Source: Corallococcus coralloides
GTDB taxonomy: Bacteria > Myxococcota > Myxococcia > Myxococcales > Myxococcaceae
Reading direction: 5' to 3'
Length of the DNA: 53,109 nucleotides
NCBI GenBank assembly: GCA_013116665.1
Contig: JABFJY010000032.1
Location: 1-53,109 of the forward strand
In this document: positions 36,359-46,136 of the stretch, piece by piece
How positions within the stretch are numbered: position 1 is the first letter of the stretch
How the letters are laid out: each line of letters opens with the position of its first letter
Translations under genes and position numbers: made by a program
The notes under the pieces: generated by a model
Database searches by the model: none
What the model was told of the DNA's origin: nothing
The model's input: the letters and a program-made list of their open reading frames with translations, nothing else

Positions 36359-36521
36359 GGGGGCGCAGCGTAGACCATGCGCAAGTCGCGCACCGGGCCT
36401 ACGGCTCGACCCGCACCCACAGCAGTCTCGAGATGTCTCCAGGTCCGTGAGTCAGTGCGTTCAACCCAGCGAGCCGCTACGGTCCGGATCCCCCCGCTTC
36501 AGCTACAAACCGAGGAAGAAC

Positions 36522-37157
36522 ATGTTTCGTCGCAACAGCGGTCTCCCCTCCCTCTTCGTGTCCCTGCTTTTCGTCGTGGGCTTCGCGTCGTCAGCCAGCG
36601 CTGACACCTACCAGACCTACGTGGTGCCCACGGTCAATGGCTTTCAGATTGGAACCGTCCTCCCCAGCCAGCCCACCGGGAACTTCAGCAGCGCCGCGGA
36701 CACCGCCCGCCGCTTCTGTCAGGACCAGGGCCACACCGGCGCGCAAGGCTTCACCACCGCCATCCGCGGAGCCTCGTACTCGTACATCGTTGGCACGAAT
36801 GGCGTGGGCCCCTGGAACACCACCGGCAACTCCAACGTGACCATGCTGGAGAGCATCACCTGCGTCACCTCCACGTCCCCCTCCCCCGCGGACGTCACGT
36901 ACACGACGCCGAAGGTCAACGGCTACCAGATCGGCACCATCCAGCCCAACTACCCGTCCGGCAACTTCAGCACGCCGGTGGATACCGCCCGCCGCTTCTG
37001 CCAGGACCTGGGCCACGTCAACGTGCGCAGCTTCACCACCGCCATCCGCGGCTCCGCCTATACGTACATCGTGGGCACGAACGGCGTGGGCAACTGGAAC
37101 ACCACCGGCAACGCCAACGTGACCCTGCTCGAAACCGTCACCTGCATCACCTGGTAG
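36522..37157 (+). CDS. Secreted protein built from two tandem ~95-aa repeats, unknown function
   Basis: Signal peptide MFRRNSGLPSLFVSLLFVVGFASSASA. Each repeat has Y.TYVVP.VNG(F/Y)QIGT..P..P.GNFS...DTARRFCQD.GH.....FTTAIRG..Y.YIVGTNGVG.WNTTGN.NVT.LE..TC. Confidence 0.75.
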   Translation: MFRRNSGLPSLFVSLLFVVGFASSASADTYQTYVVPTVNGFQIGTVLPSQPTGNFSSAADTARRFCQDQGHTGAQGFTTAIRGASYSYIVGTNGVGPWNTTGNSNVTMLESITCVTSTSPSPADVTYTTPKVNGYQIGTIQPNYPSGNFSTPVDTARRFCQDLGHVNVRSFTTAIRGSAYTYIVGTNGVGNWNTTGNANVTLLETVTCITW

Positions 37158-37173
37158 CATCCCCGCCTGGACG

Positions 37174-37198
37174 AGGGGAGCCCACGCGGCTCCCCTCC
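37174..37198 (+). terminator. Stem-loop: GAGGGGAGCC - cacgc - GGCTCCCCTC
   Basis: Perfect 10-bp GC-rich inverted repeat, 17 nt after the stop of the 36522..37157 gene. No U-tract, which is common in high-GC genomes. Confidence 0.5.
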
Positions 37199-37319
37199 GT
37201 GGGGTAGTCATAGACCCCGATCGGGTTTGGACAGACACCCCCAAATCTCACAACACGTCTGTCTTCAGGTTTTCAACCTGATAGATCGCCCTTTCCTCTC
37301 ACTGCCCCAGGAAGGTGCG

Positions 37320-39665
37320 ATGCGCCAACAAGCCACTCTGTCTCGGGTTTTGTTTTACGCATTAATCAGCGCTGTCATTTCTGTCACGGCCTGCGACACA
37401 GGTGGCGAACCGGAGCGGGAGACCGGCAACGTCCGGTTCGTCAGCGCGGTTCCCCAGGCGCTCGCGGGCGATGAGATCACCCGCGTGACCGTCACGCTGA
37501 CGGCGTCCGGCGTGCCTTCCGCCACCACCGTGCTCACGAAGGGCACGGAGGGCTGGAGCGGCACCATGTACCAGGTGCCCGCCGGCACCCAGCGCACCTT
37601 CACCGCTGAGGCCTTCGCCGCGGACGGCGCCCTGCGCTACCGGGGCGTGGCCTCGGATGTCACCATCACCGCGGGCGCCACCTCCATCGTGGCCATCACC
37701 CTCCAGGCGCTGGATGTCCCGGGCCCGTTCGACAACTCGGCCCCGTGCATCGACTCGCTCGTGGCGTCCGCGAGCGCCGTCCTCCCCGGGGGCACCCTCT
37801 CCCTCCAGGCCACCGCGCATGATCCGGACGCGTCCGACACCCTCACGTACGCCTGGACGGCGGCGGAGGGCACCTTCGGTTCGCCCACGCTCACGTCGAC
37901 GACCTGGACGGCCCCCGCGACCCCGGGCGTGTACGCGCTGACGCTGACGGTCACCGACTCGCGCGGCGCCACGGCGACCATCCGCATCGACATCACGGTC
38001 ATCTCCAAGGACGGCGGCACCACGGCCGGCACCGCGGAGGTGTCCGTCACGTTCAACATCTCCCCCGCCGTCACCCGCGTCACCGCGTCCCGGTCCCCCG
38101 TGCCCGTGGGCCAGAGCACCACCGTCACCGCGGACGTGACGGATCCGGACGGCGACGCGCTGACCTACCAGTGGGCCGCGTCCTGCGCGGGCACCTGGGC
38201 GGATGACACCTCCAACATCGCCTCCTTCACCCCGACCGCCGTGCCCGCTGGCGACAGTTGCGGCAACTGCTCGCTCACCGTCACCGTGAAGGACCCGAAG
38301 GGCGGACAGACGCAGGGCACCCTGCGCATCTGCGTGGGCGACGGCGCGAGCGCCAACGTCCCCCCGCGCATCGTCCTCGCGCACCAGAGCAGCGCGTCCG
38401 TGGTGGGCGACAACACCGTGACGTTCCGCGTCCTCGCGGAGGACGGCAACGGTGGCGCCCTCACCTTCAACTGGGCCTCGAGCACCGGCACGCTGGCGAC
38501 GCCCGTGTCCGGGTTCACCTCCAGCGAGGTCTCCTGGAAGGCCCCCACCTGCGCGCCCACGGGCGGGAACGCGACCGTCACCGCCACCGTCACCAACGCG
38601 CAGGGCTTCTCCGCGTCCCAGGCCTTCACCGTGGCGGTGCAGAACGCCCCCGCGTGCACGCCGCCCACGACGGTCGCGCGGTGGGACTTGACGGCCAGCC
38701 TGACGCAGCGCCGCTTTGGCGCGAGCCTCATCGCCCTGCCCTCCGGGAAGATCCTCGTCTTCGGCGGGTCGGTGACCTCCAACCCCATCCTGGGCACCGC
38801 GGAGCTCTACGATCCCGCGACGGCGACCTGGTCCGCGGCCGGAACCCTGGGCACCTCGCGCTACAACCCCGCGAGGACGCTGCTCCCCTCCGGCAAGGTC
38901 ATGGTCACGGGCGGCTTCGCGTCGTATCCGGCCACCACCCCGCTGCGCGCCGTGGAGTTCTATGATCCCGCGACCAACACCTGGACGGCCGGCCCGCAGA
39001 TGGCCTTCGCGCGCGGCGCCCACACCTCGACGCTGCTGCCCAACGGCAAGGTCCTGGTCATCGGCGGCGTCACCACGGGCGACAGCGTCAGCAACCGCTC
39101 CATCGAGCTCTACGACCCCGCCACGAACAACTGGGTGCCGGTGGCGAGCCCGACCTTTGCCCGGTCCAACCACCGTGCTGTGCTGCTGCCGTCGGGCAAG
39201 GTGCTCACCGTGGGCGGCAACCTGCCGTCGGAGCTCTACGATCCATCCAACAACACCTGGAGCACCGCCACCGGCCTGACGACGCGGACGTTCACCGACG
39301 CCTTCCTCCAGCCTTCCGGCAAGGTGGTCCTGGTGGACGGGACGCTGGTCGCGACGTACGACCCGGTGCTCAACGTCCAGGCCACGCTGGGACACTTCAC
39401 CTACGAGCGCTCCAATTCCTCCCTGGTCCAGCTGAACTCCGGGAAGCTGCTGCTCGCGGGTGGGAACTCCACGGTGGGCCTGACAACGGAGGTCTTCGAC
39501 CTGGCGACCGGCACGTCCACGTTCTCCACCAGCATGGCGTCCAACCGCGACCTCATGACCACCACCGTGCTGCCCAACGGCAAGGTGCTCTTCATCGGCG
39601 GCTATGACCGGGACACCCCCGGGAGCGTGAGCGCCGTGCTCGTCTACACGCCCGCGACGCCCTGA
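37320..39665 (+). CDS. Lipoprotein with Ig-like/PKD-like repeats and a C-terminal Kelch-repeat beta-propeller
   Basis: Trimmed to the ATG at 37320 (MRQQATLSRVLFYALISAVISVTAC, lipobox). The C-terminal repeats LPSGKVLV.GG...ELYDPATNTW are Kelch-like. Confidence 0.8.
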   Translation: MRQQATLSRVLFYALISAVISVTACDTGGEPERETGNVRFVSAVPQALAGDEITRVTVTLTASGVPSATTVLTKGTEGWSGTMYQVPAGTQRTFTAEAFAADGALRYRGVASDVTITAGATSIVAITLQALDVPGPFDNSAPCIDSLVASASAVLPGGTLSLQATAHDPDASDTLTYAWTAAEGTFGSPTLTSTTWTAPATPGVYALTLTVTDSRGATATIRIDITVISKDGGTTAGTAEVSVTFNISPAVTRVTASRSPVPVGQSTTVTADVTDPDGDALTYQWAASCAGTWADDTSNIASFTPTAVPAGDSCGNCSLTVTVKDPKGGQTQGTLRICVGDGASANVPPRIVLAHQSSASVVGDNTVTFRVLAEDGNGGALTFNWASSTGTLATPVSGFTSSEVSWKAPTCAPTGGNATVTATVTNAQGFSASQAFTVAVQNAPACTPPTTVARWDLTASLTQRRFGASLIALPSGKILVFGGSVTSNPILGTAELYDPATATWSAAGTLGTSRYNPARTLLPSGKVMVTGGFASYPATTPLRAVEFYDPATNTWTAGPQMAFARGAHTSTLLPNGKVLVIGGVTTGDSVSNRSIELYDPATNNWVPVASPTFARSNHRAVLLPSGKVLTVGGNLPSELYDPSNNTWSTATGLTTRTFTDAFLQPSGKVVLVDGTLVATYDPVLNVQATLGHFTYERSNSSLVQLNSGKLLLAGGNSTVGLTTEVFDLATGTSTFSTSMASNRDLMTTTVLPNGKVLFIGGYDRDTPGSVSAVLVYTPATP

Positions 39666-39751
39666 AGTTCCACTGAAGCTCTGTCGACGAGCGGCCGGTC
39701 CCACCTGGTCCGGCCGCTCCGGGCATTGCGGCGCCGCGCGATTGAGCGAGG

Positions 39752-40582
39752 ATGCGGCCCATGTCCAACCTCCAAGGCAAGACCCTCTTCATCACCGGCG
39801 CCAGCCGCGGCATCGGCAAGGCCATCGCGCTGCGCGCGGCCCGCGACGGCGCCAACATCGTCATCGCCGCGAAAACCACGGACCCGCACCCCAAGCTGCC
39901 CGGCACCATCTACACGGCGGCGAAGGAGATTGAAGAGGCCGGCGGCAAGGCCCTCCCGTGCGTGGTGGACATCCGCGACGAGGCGCAGATCCACGCCGCC
40001 GTCGCCAAGGCCGTGGAGACCTTCGGCGGCATCGACATCCTGGTGAACAACGCCAGCGCCATCAGCCTCACCGGCACGCTGGACACGCCGCTCAAGCGCT
40101 TCGACCTGATGCACGGCATCAACACGCGCGGCACCTTCGCGTGCTCGCAGGCGTGCATCCCGTACCTCAAGAAGTCCTCCAACCCGCACATCCTCAACAA
40201 CTCGCCGCCGCTCAACATGGAGCCGCGCTGGTTCGGCCCCCACGTGGCCTACACCATCGCGAAGTACGGCATGAGCCTGTGCGCGCTGGGCATGGCGGAG
40301 GAGCTCAAGGACGACGGCATCGCCGTCAACACGCTGTGGCCCCGCACCGTCATCGCCACCGCCGCCGTGCAGAACCTGCTGGGCGGTGACGACACCATCA
40401 AGGGCAGCCGCAAGCCGGAGATCATGGCGGACGCCGCGTACGCCATCCTCACCAAGCCCAGCCGCTCCTTCACCGGCAACTTCTGCATCGACGATGAGGT
40501 GCTGCGCGCCGCCGGCATCACCGACCTGGACAAGTACCAGTCCGTCCCCGGCGCGGAGCTCCTGCCCGACTTCTTCCTCTAG
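39752..40582 (+). CDS. Short-chain dehydrogenase/reductase (HSDL2-like SDR)
   Basis: 276 aa. TGASRGIGKAIA NAD(P) motif. YTIAK catalytic YxxxK. Confidence 0.85.
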   Translation: MRPMSNLQGKTLFITGASRGIGKAIALRAARDGANIVIAAKTTDPHPKLPGTIYTAAKEIEEAGGKALPCVVDIRDEAQIHAAVAKAVETFGGIDILVNNASAISLTGTLDTPLKRFDLMHGINTRGTFACSQACIPYLKKSSNPHILNNSPPLNMEPRWFGPHVAYTIAKYGMSLCALGMAEELKDDGIAVNTLWPRTVIATAAVQNLLGGDDTIKGSRKPEIMADAAYAILTKPSRSFTGNFCIDDEVLRAAGITDLDKYQSVPGAELLPDFFL

Positions 40583-40597
40583 CGCGCCGCAGGCCCC

Positions 40598-41518
40598 ATG
40601 CCCCCGCGCAAGCTCCAGCGGCACCTGGTCTGGCTCGAGTCCTTCACCGCCGCCGTGGAGGCCGGCAGCATCGACGCCGCCGCGGAGCACCTGGGCGTCG
40701 CCCGCTCCGTCGTGAGCGAGCACATCCGCGCCCTGGAGGAGGCGCTCGCGGATGGCGCCGCCCTGCTGGAGCGGGGGCCGGGCCGGCGCCTGCAACTGTC
40801 CGCGCGCGGAGAGCGCCTCTACGCGGGCACCCAGACGCCGCTGCACCAGTTGGACGTGAAGCGGCTGATGGACCTGGCCCGCGTGGAGCCCACCCTGCGC
40901 CTGGGCCTCAACCCCACGCTGTCCATGTCGCTGTTGGGCGGCATCGCGCAGGACGCCGCCGCCGCCGACCTCAAGCTGGTGGTGGGCTTCGGCGGCTCGC
41001 ACGAGCTCATGCGGCAGGTGCAGACGCGGCAGCAGGACCTGGCGCTCGACTTCACCCCGCTGCCCCCACACGAGGGCGTGGACACCGAGTCCCTGCTGCG
41101 CATGTCCTTCGTCGTCATCGCGGGCCCTGACTCCGCGCTCGCCCGGACGCACGCCTCCCGCCGCTCCCTGGACGTGAAGGATCTCCAGGACCAGCGCTTC
41201 GTGGACTGGCTGCGGGACGACCCCTACGGCGGCGCCAACAGCGCGCGCTTCGCCGACCACGGCGTCTCCGTCACCGAGGTCGGCCGGGTGGAGAGCTTCC
41301 TCCACCTCTACGAGCTGCTGCGCGCCTACAAGGCCTGCACCATCGCCCCGGACGTGCGCCCCACCCAGCCCTTCCCGGCGGACCTCCACGTCTGGCCCCT
41401 GCGCGAACGGGAGCCCCAGGTGGTGGAGGTCGTGGCCGTGTGGCCCTCCGGCGGCCTCAGCCCCGCCGTCCAGGCCATCCTCGACGGGGTGCGTCGTCGC
41501 CTGGGGAAACGGCGATAA
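40598..41518 (+). CDS. LysR-family transcriptional regulator
   Basis: 306 aa. N-terminal HTH LESFTAAVEAGSIDAAAEHLGVARSVVSEHIRALEEAL. Confidence 0.85.
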   Translation: MPPRKLQRHLVWLESFTAAVEAGSIDAAAEHLGVARSVVSEHIRALEEALADGAALLERGPGRRLQLSARGERLYAGTQTPLHQLDVKRLMDLARVEPTLRLGLNPTLSMSLLGGIAQDAAAADLKLVVGFGGSHELMRQVQTRQQDLALDFTPLPPHEGVDTESLLRMSFVVIAGPDSALARTHASRRSLDVKDLQDQRFVDWLRDDPYGGANSARFADHGVSVTEVGRVESFLHLYELLRAYKACTIAPDVRPTQPFPADLHVWPLREREPQVVEVVAVWPSGGLSPAVQAILDGVRRRLGKRR

Positions 41519-41611
41519 TCCGACGAAGACGTCGAATTCCGCCGGATTTCCGTCTTGCAGCGCGGTGCGTATTCTTCAGGAGTCCTGTTTCTCCAGAAGG
41601 AGCCGCCCGCG

Positions 41612-43207
41612 ATGACGCCCACGGAACGGACCATTGCCCGCCTTCCCGCCCACCTGCGCCGCTACGTGGTGAGCCAGGACTACGCGGCGTACACGCCCCG
41701 GGATCAGGCGGTGTGGCGGCACATCCTGGGGCAGCTGCGTGAGCACCTGAGCGACAAGGCGCACCCCGTCTACCTGGAGGGCCTGGAGGCCACGGGCATT
41801 GGCGCGGAGGCCATCCCCAGCCTGGACGAGATGAACGAGAAGCTGTCCAAGCTGGGCTGGGCCTGCGTGGCGGTGCGCGGCTTCATCCCGCCGGCCGTCT
41901 TCACGGAGCTACAGGCGCTGGGCGTGCTGGCCATCGCGGCGGACATCCGCACGCACGAGCACATCCAGTACACGCCCGCGCCGGACATCGTCCATGAGAG
42001 CGCGGGCCACGCGCCCATCATCGCCAACGCGCGGTATGCCCAATACCTCAAGGCCGTGGGGCTGGTGGGCTTCAAGGCCATCGCCAGCGTGGAGGACCAG
42101 GCCGTCTTCGAGGCCATCCGCAACCTCTCCGTGGTGAAGGAGGACCCCACCGCGACGGAAGAAGAGATCGCCCACGCCCAGGCCCGCCTGGAGGCCGCGA
42201 ACGCCAGCCACCGCTACATCAGCGAGAGCACCCGCGCGAGCCGCCTGTACTGGTGGACCGCGGAGTACGGGCTGATTGGCGACCTGAAGCACCCGCGCAT
42301 CTACGGCGCGGGCCTGCTGTCCAGCATCGGCGAGGCCCGGCACTGCCTGACGTCCGCCGTGCACAAGCTGCCTCTGGGCGTGGCGTGCGCGGACACGGAC
42401 TACGACATCACCCGCATGCAGCCGCAGCTCTTCGTGGCGCGCGACTTTGAACACCTCTTCGAAGTCCTGGCGGAGTTCGAGTCCACGCTCGCGTGGAAGC
42501 GCGGCGGGGACCACGGCCTGAACGAGGCGCTGCGCGCGCGCACGGTCAACCACCTGGTGCTCGCGGACGGCCGCGAGGTGACGGGCAAGGTGGTGGAGCT
42601 GCTGCCCGCCGCGAAGGACGTGGCCCCGGGACTGTCCACCGCGCTGGCCCGGCTGGAGGGCCCCATCCTCACGTCCGTGAACGGGCACGCCGTGGACAAG
42701 CCGTTCAGCGGCGCGGCGCTGGTCGCCTTTGGCCAGGGCACCCTGCCGGAGCGCGGGAGCTTCCAGCTCACGCTCGACAGCGGGCTGGTGCTGGAGGGCT
42801 TCGCGGTGGGCGGCGGCGAGGTGATTGCCCTGCGCGGCACGCTGGCCGGCCAGGAGCTGACGCTGCCGTCCATGGCGCGCCTGTACCTGACGGAGCGGCT
42901 GCCGTCCGTGGCGGGCGGCCCCGCCGACCCAGGCACGTGGGACGAGTGGTTCGGGGAGCTGGACGCCTTCACCGCGGGCGACGGCGAGGCCCAGGCGCGC
43001 GAGCGCAAGGCGCAGGCCCTGCCCCCGTCGCTGGCCGCCCTCTACACGGAGGTGCGCCGCATCCGCGAGGCGGGGCAGCTGGCCCCCGAGCGGCTGGAGC
43101 AGATCGCCCGGGCGAGCACGGACTTCCCGTCCGACTGGCTCCTGCGCGCCGAGGTCGCGGAGCTGCGCGGCGAGGTGCCCGCGCGGCGCGAGGCGGCGCA
43201 CGCGTAG
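41612..43207 (+). CDS. phhA: Phenylalanine-4-hydroxylase (biopterin-dependent aromatic amino-acid hydroxylase) with a ~250-aa C-terminal extension
   Basis: Trimmed to the ATG at 41612 with SD gaaggag. Iron-binding region PAPDIVHESAGHAPII and downstream conserved E. Total 531 aa versus ~270-300 for typical bacterial PAH. Confidence 0.85.
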   Translation: MTPTERTIARLPAHLRRYVVSQDYAAYTPRDQAVWRHILGQLREHLSDKAHPVYLEGLEATGIGAEAIPSLDEMNEKLSKLGWACVAVRGFIPPAVFTELQALGVLAIAADIRTHEHIQYTPAPDIVHESAGHAPIIANARYAQYLKAVGLVGFKAIASVEDQAVFEAIRNLSVVKEDPTATEEEIAHAQARLEAANASHRYISESTRASRLYWWTAEYGLIGDLKHPRIYGAGLLSSIGEARHCLTSAVHKLPLGVACADTDYDITRMQPQLFVARDFEHLFEVLAEFESTLAWKRGGDHGLNEALRARTVNHLVLADGREVTGKVVELLPAAKDVAPGLSTALARLEGPILTSVNGHAVDKPFSGAALVAFGQGTLPERGSFQLTLDSGLVLEGFAVGGGEVIALRGTLAGQELTLPSMARLYLTERLPSVAGGPADPGTWDEWFGELDAFTAGDGEAQARERKAQALPPSLAALYTEVRRIREAGQLAPERLEQIARASTDFPSDWLLRAEVAELRGEVPARREAAHA

Positions 43208-43243
43208 GGCTGTCGCTTCGAATCACGGACGGCGGATGCGAAA

Positions 43244-43279
43244 CGGCCCGGTCGACCTCCTCACGAGGTCGCCGGGCCG
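43244..43279. terminator. Imperfect GC-rich hairpin between the convergent phhA and LysM genes (ggcccggtcgacct...aggtcgccgggcc)
   Basis: Stem ~13 bp with one bulge, loop ~7 nt. Possible bidirectional terminator. Confidence 0.35.
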
Positions 43280-43312
43280 AAGCACTTCCGGGGAGCTGCT
43301 TCGCGACAGGGA

Positions 43313-44905
43313 CTACGCGTTGCGGCGCACCATGGCCACGTCGTAGTGGCGCTCCGTCACGTAGCCGTTCGCGGCCTTGCCGGGGCGGTACATGTTCCCG
43401 GTCTTGTCATCCACGTAGAAGCGGTTGTTCGGGTTCGTGTCCTTGCCCGTGCTGGCGTTCTTCGTGCCCGGGTCGTGGAACGTGTAGTAGGTGCGGCCCT
43501 TCTCGTCGACGCCGCGGCCCGTGATGGTCACGAAGTGGTCCGTGAGGCCGTCCGCGTTGTAGCTCGCGTCCTTGTGGCTCACGCCCACGACCACCGGCTT
43601 GCCGGCCTCCAGCTGCTTGTCGATGTAGTTGCGGCCCTCGGCGGCCTTCTTCGAGTCCACCTTCAACGCGCCGACGCCGTTCTCGCTGGTGCCCACCTGG
43701 ATGCGGCGGTCGGGGCCCAGCACGGTCGCGCCCGCGTCGCGCGACATGGCCGTCGCGGCCTTGAAGCACGCCGTGTCGCTCGCGGTGTAGCCGTGGCCGT
43801 TCTCGAACTGGCTGTAGTACGGCACCTTCACGTGCACCGCCGGCTTGTCCTTGGACGGGGCCACCTGCTCCGTGTTCGCGGGGGCCGCCTCCGTGGTGGG
43901 CTTGGACGTGTTCGTGCCCTGGCCTTCCGTGCGGCCCGGCTTCGAGTCGCCGCTCACGGACGGGGGGACCACGCCCGTGTTGGTGTTGGCCGGCTTCGTC
44001 GTGGCGCCCGACTTCTCCTGCTTCAGCATCGCGAGCGCGTCCTTCGCCTCCGACTTGAAGCGGTTGGCCACGCCCTTCTGCACGTCCTTGGAGCTGCCGG
44101 AGAAGTGCACCAGGGTGCCGTTGCCGTTGGTGCGGCCGCGCTCGGCGTAGATGTCCTTGATGAGCTGCTCGTCGCTCACCTTCGAGGGGTCGCGCCCGGC
44201 CAGCGCCTTCTTGAAGATGTCATCCGCCTTGCCCGGGCCGTGCTGCACGGAGGTGGACCAGGCCACGTCCCGCAGCGCCGCGGAGCGCTTGTCCAGGTCG
44301 ATGCCCGTCGCACTCTTGATGTTGGCGGCGCCCTTGTCGTAGTGCGTGGCCTTGATGTAGTCGTGCTGCGCCTTGTCGAAGCCCTTCGGGTCCTTCGCCG
44401 CCAGCTGCTTCCACGCGGCGGAGAACTGCGCGGAGCCCGGCTTGCTGCCCGACAGCGCCTGGTGGAACTCCGGGTGCGTCTTCTTCAGCGAGTTGACGAA
44501 CGACTGCGCGGACCCGTTCGCGGAGGCGAACTGGTAGGAGCCGTAGGACACGCCGCCCTTGTCACCCTTGCCCGTGGACACGGTGCCGGGGCCGCGCGCC
44601 TCGTACTTGCGGCTCAGCCCGCCCAGCTCCCCGCTGCTGGAGGACGTGTTCGTCGCGGGCGTCGTCGCCTTCGCGCCGTCGGTGGCCTGCGTGAAGCTGT
44701 CACCCGACGTCTTCGTCCCCGCGCTCGACTTCGTGGTGCCCTTCGTGTCGAAGCCGTCCTGCACCTTCAGCGTCTTGCCGGCCTGGATCTTGTTCGGATC
44801 CTTGATGTTGTTCGCCTTGGCCAGCGCGTCGACGGTCGTGTTGTAACGCTTCGCGAGCCCGGTAAGCGTGTCACCCGACTTGATGCGGATATTGGAGACG
44901 GTCAC
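43313..44905 (-). CDS. LysM-domain multi-domain protein, Lys/Thr/Ser-rich, with C-terminal Cys/His peptidase-like region. Putative cell-wall hydrolase/toxin.
   Basis: N-terminal Lys[42 protein letters not shown]. Long low-complexity S/T/G/K linkers. C-terminal block [22 protein letters not shown]...DHFVTITG. Confidence 0.7.
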   Translation of the reverse strand: MTVSNIRIKSGDTLTGLAKRYNTTVDALAKANNIKDPNKIQAGKTLKVQDGFDTKGTTKSSAGTKTSGDSFTQATDGAKATTPATNTSSSSGELGGLSRKYEARGPGTVSTGKGDKGGVSYGSYQFASANGSAQSFVNSLKKTHPEFHQALSGSKPGSAQFSAAWKQLAAKDPKGFDKAQHDYIKATHYDKGAANIKSATGIDLDKRSAALRDVAWSTSVQHGPGKADDIFKKALAGRDPSKVSDEQLIKDIYAERGRTNGNGTLVHFSGSSKDVQKGVANRFKSEAKDALAMLKQEKSGATTKPANTNTGVVPPSVSGDSKPGRTEGQGTNTSKPTTEAAPANTEQVAPSKDKPAVHVKVPYYSQFENGHGYTASDTACFKAATAMSRDAGATVLGPDRRIQVGTSENGVGALKVDSKKAAEGRNYIDKQLEAGKPVVVGVSHKDASYNADGLTDHFVTITGRGVDEKGRTYYTFHDPGTKNASTGKDTNPNNRFYVDDKTGNMYRPGKAANGYVTERHYDVAMVRRNA

Positions 44906-44971
44906 GGAGAAGACCCCTCTATGTCAGGCCGCGAACAGACGCGCCGCGGACGTGCTTGGATTGCAGCGATT

Positions 44972-44991
44972 ATCGAAAGGCAATGCGATCA
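44972..44991. promoter_or_regulatory. Inverted repeat AATGCGA-N6-TCGCATT in the low-GC divergent promoter region between the LysM gene and the 45084 gene
   Basis: Perfect 7-bp arms seen directly in the sequence. Local GC is markedly lower than flanking DNA. Confidence 0.4.
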
Positions 44992-45083
44992 GTTTCGCAT
45001 TCCCAGTCACAATCCTGTGAAACCAGTGATTCCGGCAACTTCAGTTTCAACGGATCGATCCGCTGAGACTGGAGAAGCTGCCC

Positions 45084-46136
45084 ATGAGGACCAATCAGAT
45101 GTTCAGGATCCAACCGGATTTCAAAAGTGTGGCATTACTGTTTGCCATTTGCGTCACGAGCGCGGTCCCGGAGGCCTCGGCCCAGGGGCCCGAGGGACTC
45201 ACGGGGGTCTATTCGAACAAGGGCGGGACGCTGGCCATCGTCGAGGGCAGCAACGAGACGCTCGTGCACTTCTCCGGTTCGTTCCCGCAGGGTGAGAGCG
45301 CGGGCACGTGCGATTGCGCCCTGGTCGTCCAGAAGAAGACCGCCACGAATTGGTCACTTCAGCAGGCAGGAGAGCAGGACTCCTGGACGCTGCGCGTCAA
45401 CCCCAAGCAGTTCGTGCTGGAGTCGGGTCCGTCACCGTCCTGTTGCGGGGCCGGCTACCCGGGCAAGGACACCTTCGCCCGGAGCACGGCCAGGCCCCTG
45501 GGCATCTGCAAGGTGAAGGTGTCCAAGGCGGGCTTCCACGCGTCGGACGCGGCCAACACGCCGCGCAAGGCGTTCGTGGTGTCCGGCGACGCGGTGGAGG
45601 CCTACGTCGACCCGGTGGAGCCGGACTTCCTCGCCGCGCGATTCCAGGGGCCCCAGAAGGCCACGGCGGGGCTGCTCAAGCGCGAGGACCTGGACTGTGC
45701 GGCGGAGTCCGCGCCCAAGGCCGCCGTGAAGGCCCCCGTGGCCGCGGACAAGCTCCAGCCCTTCGCGGGGACGTGGGTGGAGCTGACGCGGCAGGGCAAG
45801 GGCTTCGTGGTGCTCAAGCCCTGCTCGGCCGCGACGCGCAGCTTCACCGTCAAGCCCGCGACGGGCGAGGTGGAGGTGCAGCTGGGTCAGGAGGCCACGA
45901 CGCTGAAGGTGACGTCCGTGGAGCCCGGCAAGGGCGCCGGGGCCTGGGTGCTGGGGCTCACGTCCGCGGACGGCAAGCCGGAGGCGCTCCAGTGGAAGAC
46001 GGCCGACGCCGCGAAGGGCACCGTGTCCGTGAACAGCCCGGACCTCTTCTCCCAGAGCCACGACTACGTGCGCCAGGAGAAGAAGTCCGCCTTCCCGTCC
46101 AAGCAGGAGACGGGGTGCGACGAGTACGAGCGCTAG
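45084..46136 (+). CDS. Secreted hypothetical protein (signal peptide, multiple Cys)
   Basis: 350-aa ORF. N-terminus FKSVALLFAICVTSAVPEASAQ. No recognised domain. The 3' end overlaps the MVP gene by 4 nt, convergently. Confidence 0.6.
   Translation: MRTNQMFRIQPDFKSVALLFAICVTSAVPEASAQGPEGLTGVYSNKGGTLAIVEGSNETLVHFSGSFPQGESAGTCDCALVVQKKTATNWSLQQAGEQDSWTLRVNPKQFVLESGPSPSCCGAGYPGKDTFARSTARPLGICKVKVSKAGFHASDAANTPRKAFVVSGDAVEAYVDPVEPDFLAARFQGPQKATAGLLKREDLDCAAESAPKAAVKAPVAADKLQPFAGTWVELTRQGKGFVVLKPCSAATRSFTVKPATGEVEVQLGQEATTLKVTSVEPGKGAGAWVLGLTSADGKPEALQWKTADAAKGTVSVNSPDLFSQSHDYVRQEKKSAFPSKQETGCDEYER

Noticed and set aside
37362-39704. 780-aa minus-strand ORF antisense to the Ig/Kelch lipoprotein
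   Set aside because: Gly/Arg-rich shadow ORF. Kelch repeats and the lipobox are on the plus strand.
43346-45295. 649-aa plus-strand ORF overlapping the LysM gene
   Set aside because: R/V/A/L-rich shadow ORF. The LysM motif is unambiguous on the minus strand.
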